Positions 12,628 to 21,917 of a DNA stretch of 64,000 nt are shown one piece after another. The notes beneath the pieces were generated by a model that made no database searches, was not told the origin of the DNA, and saw nothing but the letters and a program-made list of their open reading frames with translations. A program made the position numbers and the translations under genes. Numbering within the stretch: position 1 is the first letter of the stretch; the number at the start of each line of letters is the position of its first letter. This stretch comes from Clostridium sp. GTDB lineage: Bacteria > Bacillota_I > Bacilli_A > Acholeplasmatales > Anaeroplasmataceae. The DNA is taken from contig CP091735.1 of the NCBI GenBank assembly GCA_022010015.1, positions 739,004-803,003 of the forward strand, in the 5' to 3' direction.

Positions 12628-13019
12628 TATAATCAGCATAAATCAATAAAAAAATATTTCAAACCTGTTCAAAAATAACCTTAAAAAGTAGCTTATAAGT
12701 AACTGAAAATAAATAAAAAAAGTGATATTTATCGCTTAAAATTGTGATGATATAATATAATTAGAGATAATTAAACATAAAATAATGAAAATACTTAAAT
12801 TATGCTTAGAAAGAAAAAAAGTGACTTATAAAATGATTGGTTTGAAGCCTTTGATTTATTAAAAAAATATTAATTGAATCCAAAAAAATAATGAGCAAAG
12901 ATTAGTTGTTTATATTTTTTTAATATCACAGAAAAATTCAAATTAATTAACTTGTTTTTATATTTATATATTATGATATTAATATGTATTTTTTTACAAA
13001 AGGAAAAGGAAAGAAAAGA

Positions 13020-14727
13020 ATGAAAAAAATTAACAAATTTATTTTTTTAGGGTTAGGTCTTGTTGTAGGTCTTGCTGCTTGCGGTGGTACTGATTCCTCT
13101 ACATCACCTAATAGCAGTGCTAGTAGTAAGTCTAGTGCAATAGAAAGCAGTAAGGCTAGTGATAGTACTCCAAGTAGTAGTGTAAGTTCAAGTAGTGTTA
13201 GCTCATCAAGTAGCTCAAGTAGCAGTAGCTCTAGTGTGATGGAATTAAAGAAGTCAACCTTATATGCGGTTGGTGATTCAACGCTTGCAGCTTTTAATGA
13301 TGATTATTATTATCCTCGCTATGGCTATGCAACAATGCTTGGTAATTATTTTAAAACGGAGCTTACGATTAATAATTTAGCTTTATCTGGTCGTAGCTCA
13401 AAAAGCTTTACTAGTGAGGCTAATTATGAAACTTTAAAGACTAGCTTAAAGGCTGGAGATTATCTTCTTATTGGTTTTGGCCATAATGATGAAAAATCAG
13501 ATGATGCTGATAGATTTACTGATGCTTCACTTGATTATACTAATCCAAATTCCTTTGGCTATAGCTTAAATGAAAACTATATTAAGCTTGCTAAGGAAAA
13601 AGGTGCTACACCAATTTTATGTACACCTGTTGTTAGAGTTGATACTAATAATGATTATAGTGGCTCTAGTGGCCATATTACCTCAACTGGTGATTATGCT
13701 GATGCAATTGTTAAGCTAGGTAAGGAAACTAGCACAGAGGTAGTTAATTTAACAAAGATTACTAAAGAGCATTATCAAGAGCTTGGCTTTAATGAGGCTA
13801 TGCTATATCATGCAATGATTAGTGGTAAAATGGATCAAGGAAGCTTAACTTATGATTCATCAAGCCTTGATAAAACCCATTTAAATATTTATGGTGCAAA
13901 ATATGTTGCATATGAGGTTGCAAATACATTAAAGAGTAGTACCTGCTCTATTAAGGACTATGTTAAGGATGATATTGTAATGCCAACTAAGGCAGATTTA
14001 GTTAGTAATCCTAATTATGTTCTTCCTTCTTATCAGGCTCCTAATCTTAATGATTATGAAGCACCTGTTCAATTTAAGACTATAACTGAGGGCTGGTATG
14101 GTACTGCCTTTGGTGATTGTGGTGGAACTCCTAATGTTAGTAGTAATGGCTATTATGCAACAGAAACGGCAAGTGGTATTTTTAAGGTAGGAAATGAAAA
14201 ATCTAAAGGTAAGCTTACAAGTACAAATGATGGCTTTGCTTATGCATTTAGACAGGTAGAGAAGAATAAGAATTTTACAATTAGTGCTGATGTAGTAGTG
14301 TTACAAATGGCTGAAACTAAGCAGGCAGGCTTTGGTTTAATGCTAAGAGATGATGTTTATATTAATCAAGAGGGTAAGTCAATAACAAATACGGCTAATT
14401 ATTTAGCTGCTGGCTTTATTACCAATGATGGCTCTTGTAATGTATTATTTAAAAGAGAAAATAAGGCTTTAGCTAAGGAAGCTAATTTAATTAATGGCTA
14501 TTATGCTAAGGATGATACTGCAAAGCTTGAAATTGTTCGTCTTGGTCAATCAATTACAATTAAGGTTATTTATAAGGATAGTACTTATACTAAAAACGAC
14601 TCTTGATTTTGATTTATTTGCAACAGATTCTAATTATATGTATGTAGGTATGTTTGCAACTCGTGGTACAGTATGTGAGTTTAGTAATGTTTCATTTACT
14701 ATTACTGGTGAATCACAAGGTGCATAA
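13020..14727 (+). CDS. Secreted lipoprotein with SGNH/GDSL hydrolase domain (rhamnogalacturonan-acetylesterase-like) plus C-terminal beta-sandwich-like domain
   Basis: MKKINKFIFLGLGLVVGLAACGG is a signal peptide with lipobox. A poly-Ser linker follows. GDSxL-type block LYAVGDSTLA, then GRSSKSF, GFGHNDE and a late DKTH block. One frameshift near 14600 joins ORF 14494-14727. Confidence 0.8.
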
Positions 14728-14743
14728 TTTAAAAAGAATTAAT

Positions 14744-14775
14744 TTCCCTCTTTATAAATAGAGGGAGTTTTTCTT
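14744..14775 (+). terminator. Intrinsic terminator
   Basis: CCCTCT / AGAGGG stem with an 8-nt loop, followed by GTTTTTC. Confidence 0.7.
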
Positions 14776-14806
14776 TATAATAGGTAAAAAAAGGATGATT
14801 TATATT

Positions 14807-15386
14807 GATTAAAAGATGTGAGACTACAGATTTAGTGACTGTAGAAAAAAAATAACAAGATATTATTTTTGCTAAAGAGGTTAAAATGGATTTAGAGCTT
14901 GAGCAATTTATTTATCATTTTTTTTAGTACAGTATTATTTTTTTATAATAATGGTTTATCGATTGTTTTTAAAGGATGATGAGGTTAAGGCTTTTATTCT
15001 AGCTAATATGAAAAAAATGAAAAAAATGATTATTTAAATATATTTAAAAAGCTCTGTTAAGGCTTTAAATCCTAATAATATTAAGCTTGCTTATGAATAT
15101 TTAGATTATATTGAATATAATCATAAAAAGAGTATTAGCTTATATGGAGGATAATTCTATTTATTTAGGCTTAATTGCTAGTATGGTTCATCATGGTGGT
15201 ATTAATTTATTAGCTAGTCTTAAGGATCTTGCAAGAAAAAGAAATGTCCATAGCATATATCTATGGACAGATGAAACCTGTAATTATCATTATTATGAGG
15301 TTTTAGGATTTAAATTAATTGATAATTATGAAACAAAGCTTTATGATGTTTCACTAAAGACCTTCATTTATCAGATTGAACTCTGA
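14807..15386 (+). CDS. GNAT-type N-acetyltransferase (fragmented)
   Basis: The C-terminal ORF 15111-15386 has an acetyl-CoA-binding-like segment (HHGGINLLASLKDLARKRNVHSIYLWTDE..YYEVLGF). Upstream pieces are joined only tentatively. Confidence 0.5.
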
Positions 15387-15915
15387 TGAATAATGCTTTG
15401 AGGCTTCTTTGAATTCAATTCTTAGTCTTTTACTTAATCCAGCAGGAGATATAACATAAGCATCCTTACCAAATCTAAAGAAATATTGATAAATTTGCTC
15501 ATAGGCACATTTAAAATAATAAATATTTCCTTCCTTTTTATAAGGCTTTGGGCGATGAATATAAATATGCTTAAATTTTTTTATACCATTTGGTGTAAGC
15601 TTAATAATATATTCGCCAAATTTATCGGGATCACAAGCAAATTGTGGTCCCATATTTATTAGCTTATCAAGCTTTTTGTTTAGTTGTATCATTAAGCTCA
15701 AATTTATCCTTAGTGATTATTAAATTTGTAAGGGTAGGAAGTCTAAAGGAAAACATTCCACTATCATTATAGCAAATTAGATAATTAAATAATTCCTCTC
15801 CACTATAAACAAGCTTATAGGGCTTAAGGCTTGTTTTTTTGTTGCTTAAAGAAAATGAGATTATTCTTTTTTCAGCAATAGCCTTGTTTAATAATTCAAC
15901 CTTATCCTTAAACAT
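15354..15915 (-). CDS. WYL-domain protein with WCX-like C-terminus, no recognisable N-terminal HTH (one frameshift)
   Basis: RIISFSLSNKKTSLKPYKLVYSGEELFNYLICYNDSGMFSFRLPTLTNL fits the WYL pattern. FGKDAYVISPAGLSKRLRIEFKEASKHY fits the C-terminal extension seen in WYL regulators. Confidence 0.6.
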
Positions 15916-15917
15916 AT

Positions 15918-16366
15918 TTTTTCTCTAATGTATTGAGGTCTTTTTAGCATATGCTGAAAACAAAATGCGAAAATATTTAGATAAGCCTAAATCATTTAAA
16001 AAGATATTCAATACTATTTAAGGCATATTCACTTACCTTAGTTGGTTTTAAATGATAAGGCAGTGTCAAATATTTCATCCTTATTATTACGATTTAAAAA
16101 AATAATTGCTGATAATTCCTGAAACATCGTTTATTTTTAGTATTTGAAAGATTAGTTTCATTTTTTTAAAATTTCTTTTTATTTCACTATTTACCTTTTT
16201 GGTTTCTTCATCGTCAATATAGTTATAGTAATTAGCAATTAGGGTGTTGATAAAAAGATTTTTGATTAATTTCATCATCGGCTTTAAAGAATTTAAATAG
16301 TTCCATATCTTTTTTTAATATTTGAGCTACCTCACTACTTATATTTACCTTTATTTTTTTCCATGT
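15918..16366 (-). CDS. Hypothetical protein upstream of, and co-oriented with, the WYL gene (fragmented)
   Basis: AAGGAGT RBS plus ATG at 16366. Joined frames read ..SSEVAQILKKDMELFKFFKADDEINQKSFINTLIANYYNYIDDEE... No family recognised. Confidence 0.3.
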
Positions 16367-16496
16367 GTTTACTCCTTAAGTTCCTAAAAAGGGGGTATTA
16401 TTTAATAGTATTATATAATAAAAAAACATTGTAATATCAATAAAAAAGGTGGTCGAAATATATTTATAATTTGCAATCTTTTGTACCCCTTTATTT

Positions 16497-16505
16497 TGCT
16501 ATATA
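16497..16505 (+). promoter_or_regulatory. Extended -10 element (TGcTATATA) upstream of the large ncRNA
   Basis: TG at 16497-16498, hexamer TATATA at 16500-16505. The only -35-like boxes (TTGTAC 16481, TTGCAA 16471) have non-ideal spacing. Confidence 0.3.
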
Positions 16506-16528
16506 ATATAAGTGTCTTAAGGGACAAG

Positions 16529-17128
16529 CTAAATAGTTCTAATTATAGAATCCAAACCATGTGTATGAAGGTGGAATCTTGCATGGATGATAGACTCAAA
16601 ACAGAGCGGTCTAGTTAGATGGATACATTTAACATAGGTCAGTGGAGAGATTATGGTAACATAACCTCAAGAAGCCCTAAAGGGGTTATCTGTGTCTATT
16701 AGTGCATACTACATATCTTTATAAGTCATAGTTCTTATCGGAGTGGTAATTGACGCCTAAGTAGGAATAAACCTTGTAGCCTAGCCTGGTAAACTAGTAA
16801 CTATAAGGAAAGCTAATAACACTTTTTGATGTGATGTCTATAAAAAAGACTATAAGATAAGTTTATAGTGCCATAGGCCAAAGTCAGTAATATACTCGGC
16901 TGCTCTAATAGTGCGGTATTGTATGACATAAAATAAACAAAGTGATTTTGTCTGAACGCTTGGTTTTAGGTTGTGGGTATTAATCCCACCACGGCTTAGC
17001 ATGTCTAGGAAGTATATAGATAGCTACTATATGCTCAGACCTAGGCTCCGTGTGGACGAATAATAAATTTATGTAGGGTTGATAGTTGTAGGAAGAAATT
17101 TCTGGATTCTATAATTAGGACTATTTGG
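16529..17128 (+). ncRNA. ncRNA domain A (~600 nt)
   Basis: 16529-16554 pairs with 17103-17128: 26 contiguous pairs, 2 U-G wobbles, no mismatches. Internal hairpins at 16557-16586, 16651-16664 (GUAA loop), 16973-16989 and 17011-17036. Confidence 0.75.
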
Positions 17129-17140
17129 TTAAATAATAAA

Positions 17141-17663
17141 TATAGCTATAGCGTTATGTAACCTTGTGAAGAGGAATAGCAACCTGCAAGGATGTAGTTT
17201 TGCTTAAAAAAGAATGCGATAATATTTTTGGGAGATATTCTCTTATATTACGTTAGATGGTATGGTAACATAGCATTTAGGATCTAAAAGGAAACATTGA
17301 AAGCTATAGTGGTGAATATGTACGATGCTAAATCTTAAAACGCGCCGAAGCGACAATAGACGTTCCGGTGGGAAAGAACCTATGAGGGTTTGGCTTTGCA
17401 ACCATAAGCCTAGTAGGAATACCAAAATAAGCTTTTTGAGTTGAAGGTTAGTAATAACTGTATAAGACGCGTCTTTAGAGCGAGTAGCCATATCTCAAAA
17501 TAAAGAAATCCTGGTGAAAGTTGTAGGAATAAGGCCTATTATAGACTGCAATTGGGTAGACGGCAAACGCCTCGCTAGCTTTGTTTAATCTATCTACTAT
17601 ATGGATGAATAAGCAGATATATATATTCATTAAGAAGAAATTCTATATAACGTTATAGCTATG
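17141..17663 (+). ncRNA. ncRNA domain B (~520 nt), diverged paralog of domain A
   Basis: 17141-17160 pairs with 17644-17663: 20 pairs including 3 G-U wobbles. It shares at least 7 colinear sequence blocks with domain A. Hairpin 17162-17191 shows a compensatory change relative to domain A. Confidence 0.7.
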
Positions 17664-17690
17664 GTTATTGTTTTTTTGTATATTATTGTA

Positions 17691-17719
17691 AAGGACATAT
17701 TAAGGTATGTCCTTTTTTA
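17691..17719 (+). terminator. Intrinsic terminator of the ncRNA unit
   Basis: 8-bp stem AGGACATA (17692-17699) / TATGTCCT (17706-17713), 6-nt loop, then TTTTTT. Confidence 0.85.
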
Positions 17720-17959
17720 TTTGTTATAAATATTTAAATTGCTAATAAAAAAATAATACAATAGTTAATCAAGATTTGACTGATGGGAAAATAATTATAT
17801 TAAAGGCAAATGATATAGTTTCAGTATCATTTGATGATGTATTTTTGCTATAAAAGGTAATCGGTTATATCATATATAATATTCATAATACAACCACCAT
17901 ATAGACCATTGCTTATGATTAACAATAAAATTTTTAAAAAAATAATTGTTATTAATAAA

Positions 17960-18524
17960 TTATACTATTAGTTCATTAAAGCTAGCAAAGCAGGATCTAC
18001 TTAAAATATGCTTAAGCTCATCTATTTTTATTGGAATATCTCCCTTAAGCCATGATAGATATAGCTTGGTGATGCCTGAGGCAAAGAAGGTAGCATAATA
18101 GTATCTATTTGGTTTAGTTATATGATATGCTCCCTCTAAAATGGTAATAATACCATCGCGAAGGATATTTTCAAAGCACTCTCTAAAATAGGAATAGGAA
18201 TCGTTTTGGGCTATTTTTTGGAATAGCTCATAATTATTTAAAATAGTTTTATTTATAACATTGAAAATGTCTTTAATATCATAGCCATTATTTTTCAATA
18301 ATATAATTACTTAGGCTATCATTAAATGTTTTGTTTATATCAAGCATTATTTCATTAATTAAATCTTGAATTGAGCTATAATGAAGGTAAAATGTTTTTC
18401 TTTCAATGTTAGCCTTTAACGCGATTTCTTTAACAGTAATATGAGAAAGATTTTTTTGTTAATAATAGCTCTTTAAAAAAATGTGTTTGATATTTTCTTT
18501 AGTTTTTGTTACTCTTCTATCCAT
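17960..18524 (-). CDS. TetR/AcrR family transcriptional regulator (frameshifted)
   Basis: The N-terminus MDRRVTKTKENIKHIFL....ITVKEIALKANIERKTFYLHYSSIQDL is the TetR HTH signature. The C-terminal part is track ORF 17960-18298. Confidence 0.8.
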
Positions 18525-18550
18525 AATTATACACAGCTCCTTAAATATGA

Positions 18551-18560
18551 GTATTAATAC
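18551..18560. promoter_or_regulatory. Perfect 10-bp palindrome GTATTAATAC in the TetR/DegV divergent intergenic region (possible operator)
   Basis: Self-complementary decamer. The related half-site-containing string ATATGAGTA(T/A)TAATA recurs at 18616-18630. AT-rich background limits significance. Confidence 0.25.
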
Positions 18561-18642
18561 ACTTAGTAAAAAAAGTGGTTATTGTAATCCAAGATATTAT
18601 ACCATAAAAATACACATATGAGTAATAATATGGAGGAAGTAT

Positions 18643-19513
18643 ATGAACAAATATAATATTTTTCGTTGATTTATCAGCGGATATGACTATAGATTTTGCT
18701 AAGGAGAATGATATTTGCTTTATTCCTATGGAGTATTGCTTAGGTGCTGATTTTAGAAACTGCTAATTATTTAGAATCTGATGAGGATTTAATTACCTTT
18801 TATAATTCACAAAGAAATGGTGATTTAACTAAAAACAACGCAAATTACTCCTTTTTTTCTATGAGGAATTTTTTTAAGAAATATTTAGATAAGGGAATTG
18901 ATATTTTATATTTGCCATTATCAAGTGGCTTATCAAAGACCTATGAGAGTGCTCTTTTAGCTAAAAATAATCTTTTAGAAGAATATCCTAATGCTAAAAT
19001 AGAAATTGTTGATTCTCTTGCGGCAACAGGGGGAATTGGTATTTTAACAGAAAAGGCTGTAGAATTTAGAAAAGAGGGCTTAATAATAGAAGAAGCAAGC
19101 TTGAAGCTATGTGAGCTAACTAAAAGAATTAGACATTGGTTTTTAGTTTCGGATTTGAATTATTTAAAGCGTGGGGGAAGAGTATCAGCTACAACCGCTT
19201 TTATTGGTACAGCTTTAAAAATTACGCCTATTTTGGAAATTAACAAGGAAGGTAAGCTTGATACTATAGCTAAAAAAAGAGGAGTTAAAATGGCTGCTAA
19301 TCAACTTGTTGAATATTATAAGCAATATCATGATGAAAATGAAAATAGTATTTATATTTGTCATGGCGATAATCCTGAAATTGCTTTTATATGTTAAAGA
19401 AAAAGCTCCTTGAATATAATCCTAATTTAGATATTAAAATTACTTATTTAAGTCCAATTATAGGAGCACATACTGGTCCTGGTATGGTATCTATTTGTAC
19501 ACTTGGAAAATAA
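18643..19513 (+). CDS. DegV family fatty-acid-binding protein (frameshifted)
   Basis: Reconstructed as MNKYNIF.DLSADMTIDFAKENDICFIPMEY.., the central ORF 18744-19397 (..SSGLSKTYESA..VVDSLAATGGIG..YLKRGGRVS), and the C-terminal end LSPIIGAHTGPGMVSI. Confidence 0.85.
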
Positions 19514-19532
19514 AAGAAACGTTTCTTTAAGG

Positions 19533-20125
19533 TGAGCCCTTAAAGTTGGACTTTGTATTAATTAGATATATTGCACATAATTAAAAGGATTGATGTCTAT
19601 ACATTGTAGGCGTTAATCCTTTTAATTTTGTAGTAATTCTTTTATTATTGTAATATTCTATATATTCCTGCATCGCTTGTTCAATGTCATCTAATGATTT
19701 AAACTCATATTCATGCCTATAAAACATTTCATTTTTCATTGTGCCAAAGAATATTTCAATTACACAATTATCATAACAGTTACCTTTTCTAGACATACTT
19801 TGTCTAATTCCTTTTTTAGATAATCTTTCTCTATATTGTTTTATTTGATATTGCCATCCTTGATAAGAATGAAATATTAATTCATCTAAATTTTTATGCT
19901 TCTTTTAAATGCTATATTTAACATATCTTGGACTTGTTTAAAATTAGGTGAATGAGATATTACATAGGATACAATTTCTCTATTATGGACATCTATAATA
20001 GGGAATAAATAAAACGTACCTGCAGCTATATGAAATTTTGATACATCAGTACTCCAAATTTGATTCAATGCTGTAGTATTAAAGTTTCTTTCGTAATATG
20101 TCTTGTTATGCCAACAATTTCTTTT
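19533..20125 (-). mobile_element. IS3-family element remnant: 3' two-thirds of OrfB (DDE/rve transposase) plus terminal inverted repeat; 5' part missing
   Basis: Reads ..YERNFNTTALNQIWSTDVSKF..IIDVHNREIVSY.. then ..GWQYQIKQYRERLSKKGIRQSMSRKGNCYDNCVIEIFFGTMKNE...YNNKRITTKLKGLTP. The end sequence TGAGCCCTTAAAGTTGGAC at 19533 resembles IS3/IS150-group IRs. No OrfA. One internal frameshift. HSYQG stands where the second catalytic Asp is expected. Confidence 0.8.
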
Positions 20126-20500
20126 GTCGAGGTAATATTAGGATTAGCAAGAGAAAATAATATAGATTTATATGTTGCTGACTCAAATTCTAAAATGCTA
20201 TCTAGTGATATTGTTACTGAATTTAGAGATAAGGCAACAAATATTTCAATAAGACCTTTGTCGTTTGAAGAATTTTTTTATTTAAAGGTGGTTCGAAAAA
20301 TGATGCTGTATATGAATATATGATGTATGGTGGTTTGCCGCTTGCTGTATTAAAGGATGAAGATGGAAAAAAAGGAATATTTAAAAAGTCTATTTGAAAC
20401 AACATATATAAGTGAAATTTTTAGAGCATAATAAGCTTTCTAAAATAGAAGCTTTAGAGGAACTTTGTATGATTATTAGTCAAGGATGTGGAGACAAATT
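20126..20500 (+). pseudogene. AAA+ ATPase (DUF4143-type) internal fragment, truncated by the IS3 remnant
   Basis: LARENNIDLYVADSNSKMLSSDIVTEFRDKATNISIRPLSFEEF....YMMYGGLPLAVL matches the central part of the family represented by 60752-62125. There is no N-terminal P-loop part. The junction with the IS is at about 20110-20135. Confidence 0.65.
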
Positions 20501-20703
20501 TTTTTAAATTTTCGCAGAAAATTTCCCAAAGAAATAGACTGGCAATCTAGCAATAAAATGGAAAATGTGATACAATAAAGTTATCTAAAGGAGTTGGTAA
20601 TTATGCTATTACAAATATTCCAACTTAATATTAAAAATTAAGCCTTATCGCTAAAATGTGGTAAGGCTTTTTATATTTTTGAGAAAAAGAGGAATAAAAT
20701 ACT

Positions 20704-21639
20704 ATGACTAAAACAAAAATAACAATTATTGAGAAAGATTATTTAACAGATTTAAACATAATCAAAGAAACCATTAGAAACTAACCAAAATAAGGCAATG
20801 GTTGTTGTTAATAGCGCAATGATAATGACCTATTATGAAATAGGTACTATCATTAATCAAAGAAAGAGATGGGGAAACAAATATATTGAAAGATTATCAA
20901 ATGATCTAAAAAGAATATGGTAAAGGATATTCAATTTCTAATTTGAAATATATGCTGCAATTTGCAAATGAATTTACAATTAATGAAATTAGCCACCAAG
21001 TTGGTGGCCATATTCCTTGGAGAACAATAATTGAGATTATGCAAAAAAATCAAATTCTCATGAAGAAATGATATGGTATATTAACCAAACTCATAAAAAT
21101 GGTTGGTCAAGAAGTATGGTATTAAATCAGATAGCTATGAAATCATATGAAAGAAGCTTAATAAGTCCTACAACTACTGAGACAGTTGTTTCTTCTAATG
21201 ATTTAACTAATGAGTTATTTAAGGATACCTATGTATTTGATTTTTTTAGATAAAGAAAAAGATAAAAGCAGAGAAGGATTTAAAAAAATCAAATGATAGA
21301 TAATATTATTAAGTTTTTTTACAAGAATCAGGTCCTGGATTCACATTAGCAGGTAAGGAATATAAACTAACCACTCCTACAGGTAAAGATTTCTATATTG
21401 ATTTATTAATGTATCATACAAAGATACATGCTTATGTAGTGATTGAAGTTAAGATAGGTGAATTTGATCCTAAAGATATAGGACAATTGGAGTTTTATGT
21501 TAATGCTATTGATGATCTTGAAAAGACTGATATTGATAATGATACTATAGGATTACTATTGTGTAAAGATGCAGATAGATATGTTGCTGAAACTACATTA
21601 AAGAAAAATCATCTATCACTAGGTATATCAAAAATATAA
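20704..21639 (+). CDS. DUF1016/YhcG-like PDDEXK nuclease-fold protein (frameshifted)
   Basis: The C-terminal ORF 21409-21639 has the PD-(D/E)xK-like core (FYIDLLMYHTKIHAYVVIEVKIGEF..DIGQLEFYVN). Upstream pieces (..WSRSMVLNQI...) fit the family's N-domain. Confidence 0.7.
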
Positions 21640-21651
21640 GCTTATTAGGAA

Positions 21652-21825
21652 TAAAACCGTTTTGATCATTGCGCATAGAATGCGTAGCGTTGATGGCGCT
21701 AATGATATTGTTGTTTTAAAGGATGGTAGTGTTTGTGAAATGTGAACACCAGAGGAATTAGCTAAATAAAATGAGGTTTATAAGCATATGCATGATATAC
21801 AAAAAAATATCGGTTGATTGGAAAT
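21652..21825 (+). pseudogene. C-terminal remnant of an ABC exporter ATPase with in-frame stops
   Basis: KTVLIIAHRMRSVDGANDIVVLKDGSVCEM*TPEELAK*NEVYKHM. The H-loop region is recognisable. TGA and TAA replace sense codons, and these are substitutions rather than homopolymer indels. No upstream Walker motifs are present. Confidence 0.6.
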
Positions 21826-21917
21826 ATTAAAAGTTAGTCTAAGGCTTACTTTTTGTATTTTTCAATTAAACAATAGTAATGTATAATATAGGTAGTTAGA
21901 TTTTTTTGAGGTGTATT

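Larger units (their letters stand above)
16512..17719 (+). ncRNA. Large structured non-coding RNA, two tandem helix-closed domains, family unassigned (ROOL/GOLLD size class)
   Basis: No + strand ORF of 60 aa or more between 16278 and 17960. G+C is enriched relative to the flanks. There are 26-bp and 20-bp long-range closing helices whose wobble pairs are valid only on the + strand. Many internal hairpins, including GUAA tetraloops. A strong intrinsic terminator lies at the 3' end. Confidence 0.75.

Noticed and set aside
13130-13245. The poly-Ser-encoding AGT/AGC-rich tract in the SGNH lipoprotein gene as a phase-variable simple-sequence repeat
   Set aside because: The tract is an imperfect mix of Ser codons rather than a pure microsatellite. 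It sits where a flexible linker after the lipobox is expected.
17243-17491. Track ORF (82 aa, - strand) inside the ncRNA
   Set aside because: It has no RBS, odd composition and no family resemblance. It lies antisense to a region whose helix wobble pattern indicates + strand RNA. It is most likely a chance ORF permitted by the locally higher G+C.
16512-17719. A group II (or group I) intron, an rRNA fragment, RNase P or tmRNA as the identity of the structured region
   Set aside because: There is no intron-encoded RT or maturase ORF, no GUGYG-like 5' end and no domain-V-like hairpin that I could find. There are no flanking exon halves of a split gene. No recognisable rRNA, RNase P (GAGGAAAGUCC-type) or tmRNA tag-ORF motifs are present. 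Still, only a covariance-model search can exclude these formally.
21830-21917. A Fur box upstream of feoAB
   Set aside because: AT-rich partial matches exist (for example aattaaacaatagtaatg), but nothing is close to the 19-bp GATAATGATAATCATTATC palindrome. They are indistinguishable from background in this composition.
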